A DNA stretch of 64,000 nt, from the NCBI RefSeq assembly GCF_000150275.1, contig NW_002060949.1:927836-991835 (forward strand). The letters run 5' to 3'. The stretch's first letter is position 1. Each line of letters opens with the position of its first letter. Of the stretch, positions 38,121-50,600 are shown piece by piece. Under the pieces are notes generated by a model. The model worked only from the letters and a program-made list of their open reading frames with translations, was not told the DNA's origin and ran no database searches. The translations under genes were made by a program, and so were the position numbers. Source of the stretch: Trichoplax adhaerens. Lineage: Eukaryota > Animalia > Placozoa.

Positions 38121-38640
38121 AAATTTTGATTGCAAATTATCGGGATCAAAGTTTAAAATCTCTATTCTCATTCTTGTTAATCATCTTCATCGCAAGTTTT
38201 ATTCTCCGCCATTGCACCATTCCATAAAGTAAAGCTACACCGCCATACTATCAAGTGCGTCTAACCATAATACTTCTAGGCCCAGCTGGTGGTTTATACG
38301 AATTTGGCCGCGAGTATTTTTTTTTAAGGACAAGTTTTTAGTCTGAGGACATGGCCATAACATATTATGTATATTTTATACACGTGACCTTTATTACCAT
38401 CACAGTGGAGTACTTAACTGTACAATGCAGTATTCGCCATATTACACCTATAGGTGTTAATAATCGAACTCTCACTAATTTTTTCCCCCACAGAGGTGTC
38501 TGGAGTTTTCTTCACTTTAGAAGTAATCTCTGGCCTTCGCGAGATCCGTAGTGTTGGAAGCAGAGACAGAGCGGATCTCCTTCATTGACTTATAACTAGT
38601 CGAATCGTTAGTATTAGCAGTATTAACTGAGTCCTAAATC

Positions 38641-41600
38641 ATGTTTAAGCAATTACTCTTTGTTACACTCTTAGTTTTTACCCTGGCTAAATCAAGAGCG
38701 GATGGTAAGATTTTTTTTAAATTGAATTTTAAAAGTTCCTGCAAGCCCATGCAATCTGACAGAATTTACAATTTAACGTAATAATTAGATATCCCTATTA
38801 TGGAATCTACACCCAGTATTGTTGGGTACTGCTGCTGCAGTTGATCTGATCAACGTAGGCAAATTGTCTAATCCACGTTTTAGATTACAATTTCCCATTT
38901 TTAAGATTATCTAATGATAACAAAATCCGATCTAAAATGGAAGCCACAAAACAAAGTTGAATTACACTATCTTTAGCTTTCATTGCTAACTTAACACTAA
39001 ACATTGTATAAATCTTTTTCACCGATGCCTTACTGAATTTCAGTACAGAAACAGTCTTCGAAAAGATTGTATTAACATTAAATGATGCCATTTTTATTAT
39101 ACTCTTTAGAACAGGCGTGTGACTTGTTGAGGTATAGCTCAACTATAAATTAGTGATGTCGTATTCACAATCAAGCGAGACCAGATCATCATATAAATAA
39201 AATGGGATAAATGCCATAAAACATCCGATGCTATTTAAATGTAGCTTATAGAGCTGCAATTCGACTAAATGAACGGGAAGCTAGTGCTATTTTCTAACTT
39301 AGAATTCAGTGGTAAATCTATGTACACTCCATACGGTAGATATTTTCACTCACTCAGCCGTAGCACAAGGAATGCACCCAAAATAATAGCAAGACGAAAG
39401 CCAAAGCGGATAACAAATATTAATAACTTATTCCTGTCTTTAATTACTGTTTTTATACATTCTAACAATCTTAGTCTTGGATATATTTGGGGCTGTACTA
39501 TAAGAGGTTGTATGGCTGCATGCACTACTAGATGTACCAGATGTAGGTATACAATATCTAGAAGTCCATGATTATGATATAAAAATCATTACAGGAGTGA
39601 GAATTAGTTAACGGTATAATAATTCATCGATCCATTCAATACTGGTATTGCGATCCTGTCCAGGATTTACAGAAGAAAGTTTATAAACTAGAAATTAATT
39701 ATGCAATTGATTAAAGTTGCATAAGCGTATATGGCTAATCTATCACGATATTGATGATAAATCATTCCGTTCTTGATAACAAGTACTGCTGCTGTTTAGA
39801 TAGATCGTAGAGCTATTAAAATTATGAATTAGGACAGACTAATTTCGTTATAACTACTAATTCTTAAAGCATTAAAGCGTTTGAATTTTGTGTAAAATAA
39901 GTGCAGTCCCGTTCCTATGTCGAAGTAGATTGCGTGAAAATCGTCAATTATTACTAGTATAGGCTAGGGATAAACCGTTTCGAAATATAAAATTGAATAA
40001 GTGCAAATTATCCTATACATTTTTTATCTAGAGAAATTATGATTATAGGTATTCAATAATATCTAGTTTCCATACATGAGCATTACTATTTACTTATCCA
40101 TTAGCTGCAGATCTTTAAAGTAGCTGCTACTACTATACAACTACTGGTACATTACTATTGATAATTGATTAATTAATTAATTAGTACGTGTATCATCTCG
40201 TATGATTCACTCAAATGGTACTGTTAACCGTTAATCATGAAAATCTATCACCACCATCTGATCATTTATTTCTCATTATCATTCTTTAATATTCTATTAT
40301 TTATCGACAAATTCTTATTTGGGAATATATTCATAGCATGCATAGTATCACCCTAACTTTTCTCCGTAATAGTTAATTATTAAAGAATTTACCCCCCCCC
40401 CCTTACATTGATATTTCTATAATGTACGTTATTCGGGCTTTCTTTCAATATCTACTTTGTAATAATGCAAAAAGTAGGAGTATTAATTTCAATTAGTAAT
40501 GTTACTGGCTAAATATGTTCTCCACAAATTCTACTTAATGGCAGAAACTTGCGATCCCGACCAGAAACTAGGGTGCTATTCAAATACCGGACCATGGAGT
40601 GGATCTGATCTCCCTCAGTCATCTACTAAGATTGGAACCAAATTCTATCTATATACCTGTAAATGCAATACCTCTCACACTCTCGATTACAATAATCCAG
40701 CTTCTATCTCTAATTCTTCTTTCAATGGCAACATCGACACCAAAATTATCATCCACGGATTCAGCAGTAGTTCCTCAGAAGTGTGGGTACATAAAATGAA
40801 GGATGCCTTCTTGACTAAGGGTTGTTTCAATGTTATCCTCGTTGACTGGAGGAAAGGTGCCGAGTCTATGGGGAATGATTTTTTTATTTACTTTCAACCT
40901 GTCGCTAACACCCGTGTTGTTGGAGACCAAATCGCAGAATTGGTTAAAGCTTTGCCAACTAGCAAGAGCAGAATTCACCTTATCGGTCACAGTTTAGGTG
41001 CTCATGTTTCCAGTTTTGCCAGTAAGTTGAAAATTAAATCAATCAAAATTAACGACTTTTCAATCTATTGCAGTCAGTTTAGTGTCCTGTGTACATTTAT
41101 TGATACAGCCTATTTAGAGTTAATTGACTTTATATTAACAGAATATTATTACAATACTCATAAATAGGCGTTCGACTTAATAAAGCTGCGCGTATCAGTG
41201 GTCTCGACCCCGCTGGTCCAAAGTTCGTAGGGCTAGCTAATGCTGTTAAATTAGATAAGACTGATGCCGACTTTGTCGACATTATCCATAGCGACGCCGG
41301 AACTTTCGGCACTACAGAGCCGTCCGGTCATCTTGATTTCTGGCCAAATAATGGCGTAGATCAACCCCAATGTAATCTATTCGATGATGCAGGGCCTGCC
41401 TGCGATCATAGTGCTTCGCACGTATATTACACAGAATCTATCAATTCTGATTGCAATTTTGTTGCTAGACCTTGCTCTAACTATGGTAAATACAAATCTG
41501 GCGGTTGCACTAATTGCTTCTATAAATATTGTCCAGTCATGGGTTACAGAGCTATAGAATTCAAGAAATACTACTTCTACGGCTACGAAAAATACACACT

Positions 41601-42209
41601 CTTCCTTACCACCAACGAGGAGTCGCCATACTGCGGTAGGTATTACCGTCGAATAACGCTTAGTTAGTAAGCTTCCTAACTATTAACTAAGCTTATTAAC
41701 GTTGACTATGTTTATCGACTGTTGCCTACGTAATGATGATGATTGCTAGACTACAGAACTGTAAGAAATACCTACTGCATTTTCGTTAGATCTACTATGT
41801 TTGTTACTATCTTAATTAGTCGGCTAATATTGGAAATTCATTACATCTAAGGTGCTGTAGTTACTCCAACTTACTAATATTATGCGACTACAATCCAATG
41901 TAATCTTACCTCAAGGAATGCATTCTACGTCGAAAACGGGCAATGTTGCGATACTATCAAGCTACAATATTTTAACATACGCTTAGTCGAAATTTCTTGT
42001 TATTTGCATTACTTTGTTCAGTATTAAGTTATCATACGATAACACACGATAAGATATAAATATTACCTCACAAGGATCATAGTACATACTACTAGTAGTT
42101 TATGTCTATATAAACTAATCATCAAACCTAAGGTTGGTTCTCCTTAATTTGACATTAAAATATTCTTATTGTAGCTGGCAATAAACCCGGCAAGCGGTGG
42201 TGGAATTAA
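38641..42209 (+). CDS. Pancreatic lipase-related protein, copy 4 (9-aa mini-lid, shortened beta9 loop, no PLAT; predicted phospholipase A1-like)
   Basis: Exons 38641-38704, 40545-41021, 41168-41635, 42175-42209. Exon 3 is missing from the ORF track but reads SVRLNKAARISGLDPAGP..IHSDAGTFGTTEPSGHLDFWPNNGVDQPQCNLFDDAGPACDH. Triad intact. Confidence 0.87.
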
Positions 42210-44851
42210 TTGATGGTCTAGTATTAGAGGCAGAAGATCCTAAAATATAGTACGTAAGTAGATGCAACTAAATTCACGTCTTAAATTCGCGGAATATAAT
42301 GCAATCTCTTTTGTATTGTATCGATATCGAAAAATAATCTAATTAATAGCAAACTATTGTAGTTGTAGATTGGTGTATCATACGACAATTTTTAGACTAT
42401 TGTATATTGTACAGAGTTTTCTTTTAGAAATTATTCTAGCTATACATAATTCAAAAATATCATAACTTGCAATGCATATATCTAATTGTAACTTTTATGA
42501 ACATGTAGAATAAATATACCAAAACAATGGTTATAGTTACACCAAGACTTTTAAACTAAGTTTAGCTGATGCTAAATATTATGCTATGCTGCAGCAATAA
42601 TCTAAAGATATTACAATCTACTTTCTGAATTGCATATTTATGTCGTGGAAGCTTGTTAAACCAACTAAATTAACATATACATCATGATTACAGAGATATT
42701 TTCCTTTCTCTGTTTGATTAGACACCTCAGCTCTGATGGTATCTTGAACTTGCCATCGTATTATTGATTATTATAACTAGTAGATTATGTTAGAATCTGA
42801 AGTAGTATGATTAAAATGAGTGAGATTAATAATTAATTATAATTGACGAATACATGGTTGAAAATTTGTGCAGTATAGCATTAATATGTTGGTATATATG
42901 AAAAAAACTGCCTATTAGTCTAAAGTGCGTTGTAAGTAGCCAGCTAATCATTTTAATATCGTTGTAGTATTATTTATGCCGTAATGTACTGATCTAGCTG
43001 AAATTAAAATGACTTTGGGAATGAAAATTATCGCCAGTTTTCTATGTTAAGTAAGAGTCCTTGATCTTGTCAGTTATCGTAGCATGATCCTATCATTATA
43101 CCTACCATTTCGACATAAATCTACCTTTGCATAATTTTTATAGTTGTCTGAGTACCATAATGCTACTGCACAATAAATCATATCTACAGAATTATAAGCT
43201 GCTTTGTTAGTTCTTTAAATCATCAATACAGATGCTAATGCACTAAAGCAATTTTGTTGTTGGAAAAGACTGTAAGGGGTATTGCATTATTATGAATTTG
43301 AATGCTCGACACAGTGATATCATGAATACTTTGTCTAATAACATGCTGGCTTATTCGTAATAATCGAAAAAGAATTAAACTATTATGAAATATTTCGTAC
43401 ACGACAGCCTTCATCATCATGAACATCTCTTCTAACATGTCACATTGAAATTAATTCTAGTAGAACAGAAAAATTCGAATAGATTACCCTCTCTGATTTA
43501 GAACCAGGAAGAAAATTTTCTTTTAGTGCCTACTTAGTTGGTTGAGTCTCTTACGTAAGAAAAAAAATCGAATAATGTAAGACTCTAATATCGAAATCAT
43601 CACGTAAAACTATCAAATTTTAATAATAATAATGGAAGATAAAATTGCTTATAGAAATCTTAAACGATTGTCAAATGCCGCCCTTTCTAACTCCCTCGTA
43701 TCTCTATAATTTTCTATTATAAATTGTGACAACATCGTACATTATTTTGCTTGTAAATGCAGAAACATTTTCAGCTACGTATGCGATCATGTAATAGGAA
43801 TCACAAATTAATGCTTAATTTTAAAATTCGATACTAACCTTCATATCTACATTCAATCTAACTTACAGAAGGTACTTTAAAGTCTATCCTAATTTCAATG
43901 AATGGGGGCGTACATTATATATTTCGCTTCATATTTTCTAATTAAGGAGCTCTCACTTAATATTGATATTACTCGTATAATAGTTATTCAGTAATGCACC
44001 TGAAAGACTGATAAACCCTCAGATATTACTCTTTATAAACTAACATTACAAAACTTTCCTTAAAGTACTAGTTTCAACTACCGTATCTTAATACATCCAT
44101 TAAAACTATAGAATATTATACCAATATACATATTATTAGCTTTAATCTACTTTGATACGCTTGCAATTATTTATTTCGATGTATAAAGATTAGATGCCTA
44201 ATTTGACTCGCTATAAGGACAGGTTAAAGACTTTACCACTATTTTTCCTAGATACTGTATAATGGGATCGTTTAAGTGATGTCTATGTAATCATTGTTCC
44301 ACTTATTTTATAAATAAGCGAATAAGTAAAAGTCAAACTTATCAGAAACATTAAATCTGGAATGATGACTATGGTACTTATTGCTACACTAGAATGTCAA
44401 TATTTTTACTTTTAGATATTTATCTTTGCGCAATTTTAGTGTGCAATGATAAATTATAAAGGATGCAAATTAGCATCAAAATTGTAGTTCTATTAAATAT
44501 TAAGAATTCTAGGTTAATCGCCTAATAAATAGTGATGAACCTTGTTTAGTTATGATAAACGTCATCGTTAGTTTGAAATTCATCAATTCAGGTATATCTT
44601 TGTATTAGCAAGCAGAACTGCTAGTCAATCTTAAAAGATAAAAGCATATTTTCAGTCATCAACATGATTTACATAATAAAATTGATTTACTTTGCGCATA
44701 AGGTTAACGAGGTTCAAATAGATTAATAGAAGAGATCGTTTAATCTAGTATACATAGTGGAAATCTCTATGCTAAAAAATAGCCCAAATATTTATTGTGT
44801 ACTGCGTTTAATGTAGTACTAGTCCTATCTAGAGGTTCACATAGTAATCGA

Positions 44852-46425
44852 TATAATCTCGTTTTTGGCCTATATCATTATAATAGTTAATTGAAACATA
44901 GGCAAAAGATGCTGAATCTACTTTCTATCCCAGCATTGCGTGAAAATCTGCTCGCATTGATTTGTATTAATAATGAATTTATTCAAGAAAGGTATCTGTG
45001 ACTTACTCGTGCATAGCGGTGTACAAGCTACAAATTAATTTATTCGAAGAGGGGTGGAGTCGGGGGTCGAGGGGGGAGAGAGTGGGTGGACGGGAACTCG
45101 GAGGTAGTAATAAATTTTTTACGGGTCAAGGTTTGGAACGAGGGATAACGGGTAGAAGTTTTGGGACTTTTAGGGAATCTAGGCCGTAGTTGCGATCAAT
45201 GAGTATCATAACGATATACATTATGGTCTACTAAAATTACTAAAATGGTATTTTATTAGTCCATATATATGCGTATACGTGAAATGCTAAAGCTCATTAG
45301 CGTGTCTAGCTAAGACTATAGCCACGTGCTTTAAATCTACCAGCGGGCTAAGCGCTATAATCTCGTTTTTGGCCTATGTCATTACAATAGTTAATAGAAA
45401 CATAAGCAAAAGATGCCGAATCTACTTTCTATCCCGGCATTTCGTGAAAATCTGCTCGCATTGATTTGTATTAATAATGAATTTATTCAAGAAAGGCATC
45501 TGTGACTTACTCGTTCATAGCGATGTACAAGTGTTGCGGTGTTGCCTTGTCAGTAGGATAGTTTAATAAGTACAGTAGTAGCTAGTATGGAGAATATCCA
45601 TATTTGTAGTGCTAGGTAAGATAAGTAATGCCTTAACGTGGATGTTGTTTGTAATAGTTCATTACATATTTGATATTGATTGTTATTGTGTGATAGATAG
45701 CAGTAAGATGAATCAAGTTCTAGTTGATGATAGTTGAATTAGACAACCTACGAGCTTGGATTAAGATTAAGTATGAGTAAGAGATTCAAAATATTTACTG
45801 ATCGAAAAGCTATGCAAGGAACATCTCAGTTCGAGATGTTTCTCCTAATAAGGTATAATAATAATACTGTCGTTGTTTACAAATTAGACGGTTCCTATAT
45901 AAACGGGAATATTTGAGTTGAGTAGTGTGGTAAAAAGTTGTAGGTGTATCTTTGCTAATAAAAGTTTCATCTTTACAGTATTTTGCTATGTGTATTTAAC
46001 GTTAAGTAAAAGGGCGTTTAAGTCAGTAGCTGCTTATAGACTTTTACTGTACGTTACCTTGTCGCAGAAGTGAAATTGTGACAACAAGCTACAAATTAAT
46101 TTATTCGAAGAGGGGTGGAGTCGGGGGTCGAGGGGGGGGGGAGAGAGGGTGGATGGACGGGAACTCGGAGGTAGCAATAAATTTTTGACGTATCAAGGTT
46201 TGGAACGAGGGATAACGGGTAGAAGTTTTGGGACTTTTAGGGAATCTAGACCGACCGTAGTTGCGATTAAATTGAGTATCATAACGATATACATTATAGT
46301 CTACTAATATTACTATAATGGTATTTTATTAGTCCCTATATATGCGTATACGTGAAATGCTAAAGCTCATTACAGTATCTAGCTAAGACTATAGCCACGT
46401 GCTTTAAATCTACCAGCGAGCTAAG
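44852..46425. repeat. Tandem duplication of an approx. 504-bp unit (44852-45352 and 45356-46425), second copy interrupted by a solo LTR
   Basis: Both units start tataatctcgtttttggcc and end ctaccagcg.gctaag; both contain the same G-rich tract. Confidence 0.92.
45532..46083 (+). mobile_element. Solo LTR (552 bp)
   Basis: TGT...ACA termini, exact 5-bp TSD ACAAG (45527-45531 and 46084-46088). The empty site is visible in the first duplication unit (gtACAAGcta near 45021). Internal TATATAAA (about 45896) and AATAAA (45957-45962). Confidence 0.88.
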
Positions 46426-47448
46426 TATCTAGTATGGCGGTTAAATGAAAAGCAGCTGCGTAACTAAAATTAACGAAAACACCGTTGGACACTGCTAACC
46501 GCTATTCATCTTCATAAGGAATACATACATAGTGCCTTTAAGTGCTTTACCGCTATAATCCCGTAAGAAATTAAATTAACAATTCGTATTTCATACGGTA
46601 TACTTTAAATTGACAATATTTGCTCACGAATTCAACGTTAAAAGTGAAATTATAATTGCCGCGTTTGGCCGAAATGAAATCATTTTCTATGGCAGTTTAT
46701 AGGCTGTAGTATGCTGTACACTACAAGAAATGGATTTATATGGAATTTCATCGTAGAGATTGTTTCATCCTGTAATTTTTAGTAGTCCATGGATACAGTT
46801 TATCTCTAATATGATGAACATAACTATGATCAACCTTAATTAATCTATTTCATGCAGCTATAATTCTAACATAATATATTGAGGATTTTTTAACGTTTTT
46901 TAAAGCGATTTATCTCATATACTTGTGTGTTAGACAGAGTCAAAGCATTTTAATTGTTTCTCAAATCCCTTCAATGCTGTACAATCAATACACTTAATTC
47001 TTGATATAACCTATAAATATCGACTTCAACTATGAAAAGGTCACTATGTCGATAAAAAATTCTAAATCAGATAGTAAATATACCACTGAAAGTATATCCA
47101 CTCTATCTAGGCAAAGCTTAAACAATGATGAGAAGGACTAAATCTACAATAACGGAACTTGAATTACTAATCTGTTTGAACATGATTAATAATTGTATTC
47201 CGATAGTTTTTGCATAATAATCATGGTATGATGTAAGTTGAAATATCTAACTATCATAACAATATTGATAATACATTGCATGAATTATGTGTTGTTTATC
47301 TACTACTCTTGATAAACATAACTGTTTCCAATTTAGCTTATTTTGATTTGTTCGTGCATCTACTTAATTTTACAATGGCCTCTTTTCCTCGTTTACTGTA
47401 GATTAAATGATTTACAAATATTATGGCTATACTGAATCCTTAACAAGA

Positions 47449-47650
47449 CTAAGGTCAAATCAAGCTAATCCAATTAGTATCTCCAATACTAAATCAATAA
47501 AGAAAAAAGCATTTGAATTCGCTTGTGTCAATAAATACGACAAGAAAATGATTGTGTAGTATGATCTCTTCCAAATATATTATGATTATCAGGATCATCA
47601 TGTGATAGCGATGGTATAAAAGTAACAGATAATCTCGTCGAAGATCACTT
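47449..47650 (+). promoter_or_regulatory. Lipase copy 5 promoter: conserved upstream block, TATA box and Inr
   Basis: AAGGTCAAA..CTAATCCAATTAGT...TTGAATTCG...GTCAATAAATA, TATAAAA at about 47615, TCACTT about 30 nt downstream; colinear with the copy 3 promoter. Confidence 0.6.
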
Positions 47651-47698
47651 ACTAGTTGTTAGCGGAGCTGAAAAAGTTAGCATCAAGTTAGACCAAAA

Positions 47699-50600
47699 AT
47701 GTTCAAGTTACTCGTAATCGCAGCTTTTGCTGTTGTCGCCTTGGCTAATCCAGAGCCTCGCGGTAAGTTTATTATAGCTATTGATATGGTACTTTTTATA
47801 ACGTTATCAGCCATCTATTTGGTGTTCATATCATCTAACAACCTAATCAATATTACTGTAAGATCCCTACTACAAACGTTTCCTTCATTTTACGTGATGT
47901 TCCTTCTATTTATTGCCGAAAATTCATATAATACGATACATTTATATGATTGTCAATTTATCTAGTAGGCCTATCATGATAATAAGCAATCAAATATTAT
48001 ACTTTTAATAACCTTGGAATAGATTACCCATCAGTCTCGAATTAGTTTTTTACCTAATCTAAAGCGTAGCAATGCTTAATCTTTGATGTACGTTTCTATC
48101 ACAGCACCGTATCATTCTCGAGAGTTTAATTAGTCGGATTGAATTCTTTATACTATATTTGTATCCATCAATAGCAACTAACGTTTCATATTCAGCTCCT
48201 TTGGTACCCATATAACCTGAAGATTGATAATTTAAGATAGACATTTTCGGTTATCAAAGGCATTATGACATTATTCAATATTGCATCGATTACGCTAATT
48301 CAGCATTGTTGTAGCCAAGTACTTTTCAATATGAAAATGTCTCTATCACTCATTATTCAATATTGCATCGATTCCGCTAATTCTGTATTGTTCTAATTAA
48401 GTACTTTTCAATGTGAAAAAACTTTTTATCGTTCTAATGGAAGTTAACAAGACCACGAACTAAATATGTTAATACACGTTTAACCCGGAATGATATTTTT
48501 TATTTACTTATTATTAGCGGCAAGATCAATTAAGAAACGATAATTATTCATATTAAGTGAACAGATTTGTGCAGATGCAATTAACGAAGTTTTTTATTTA
48601 CTTAACTGAGATAAAATTAATTTAATTAAACAACTATTATTCTAACGTAACAAAGCGAGAAGAATATTTATCTCCTAGTGGATGATAGAGGCTTCAATAA
48701 TAATTCATAATGTAGTTGGACGATAAACAAATCTAAGCCAACAATATACTAGATAATATTTAAATAGGATTATAGGTGCGGTTGATCAATAACGGAATTA
48801 TTGGTTTACGAATTATCTATTTTCGAAATTTTATAGCATCAGAACTAATTTCAATTACCTTAATCACTTTAGTTATCATTAGACTTGTTACACCATATCT
48901 AAAATTCATAATATTCATGACAAGCATAGCGATCTATAAAGTAATCGTGACATCAAAATATACGTACATAGATTTATAGCTGCAAAAGAATATAATGTAA
49001 ATACTTGTGCGGCTATGCATATACTTAATCGGCCATTTTCAATACTTATGTGTATCATCATGCAATTGAAGGAACAATGTGTGATCCCGACCCCAAATTG
49101 GGATGCTTCTCTAACACTGGATCATGGAGTCATCTCCCAACCCCTAAATCATCTTCTGTTGTTAATACCAAATTCTACCTATATACCCGTGGATACAGTT
49201 CCTCCCAAACCCTTGACTACAATAACCCATCTTCTATCTCTAATTCTCGTTTCAATGGTAACATTGATACCAAAATCATCATCCACGGATTCAGCGCCGA
49301 TTCTGGCTCAGCTTGGATGCATAATATGAAGAACGAATTCTTGAAAAAGGGCTACTTTAACGTTATCCTTGTTGACTGGAGTGGTGGTTCCAAGACTCTC
49401 AACTATGATCAGGCTAGTGCTAATACTCGAGTCGCTGGTGCCATGGTTGGAGAATTAACTAAAGCTTTGCCAACTAGCAAGAGCAGAATTCACCTTATCG
49501 GTCACAGTTTGGGTGCTCACACTTCCAGCTTTGCAAGTAAGTTTATTGTAGCTGTTATAATCAACATCATATCAATCTATAGTAAGGTTATATTGTAGCT
49601 TGATTAGAGTTGTAGCGTGTTAAGATTTTGTTGTGATGCTAAATTTCTCATTAATATTGAAATGGCAGTCTTTTGTATTTCATGGATAAATATAGTTTTT
49701 TGTGTTAGCTGTTTATAGCACTTATAGTTTCTTAGCACTGTTAAAAATCATTAACTCCTCCTCGACTATTATGATAGATGATGATGATATATTTAGTTTC
49801 ACTGTCTTACTTTCATATATGTTCTATTCCGAAGGTGTAACTATCAGACAAAGTTTAATTTATATCTCAATGATTTGAGTTTTTGTAATTGCTAAGGAGC
49901 GATCACGTAGATCAGATTCAGAGTCTAGTGCTATCTACGAAGTAAAATTACTTCATGCTGACCGGTAGTAGTTATTTCAGCCTTAGATGATTTACAATAC
50001 GGCGTGTAATAACGGATTTGTTTTCTCACTAAAGTATTGTGTATTAGTCTTTGATTGCTGCTTAATCTACTTCTGCCAATTTATCAAGTACCTCATGCCA
50101 AATATCCGATAGTATTTAAATTTTATGAGATTTAACAATTTCTCTATCATGATAGATGAAGATTGTAATAATTATGTTCTATGCACATTTCTATGATCTA
50201 TTTAAAGTTAATCAGCTTTATATTAATAATATATTGCAATTCTCGTAAATAGGTAACAGACTTAACAGAGCCGGACGTATCAGCGGTCTTGACCCTGCCG
50301 ATCCTAACTTCCAAGGCAGATCTACTTCTATCAAATTGGACAAAAATGATGCTGACTTTGTCGATGTTATCCATAGTGATGCCGATACCTTCTTGTTAGG
50401 TGCTGGCTATGGTACCAAAGATGCTTCTGGCCATCTTGATTTCTGGCCTAATGGTGGTGAAGATCAACCCCAATGCGGTTTATTCAAGGATGTCCAAAGG
50501 GACATGAACGGCATGAGCCAAAGAGGAGGCATTGGCTGCGATCACGGTGCTGCACACACTTACTACGTAGAATCTATCAACTCTGCTTGCAATTTCGTCG

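Noticed and set aside
44998-45189. 63-aa Gly/Arg-rich ORF
   Set aside because: Product of the G-rich tract; the frame is disrupted in the duplicate unit.
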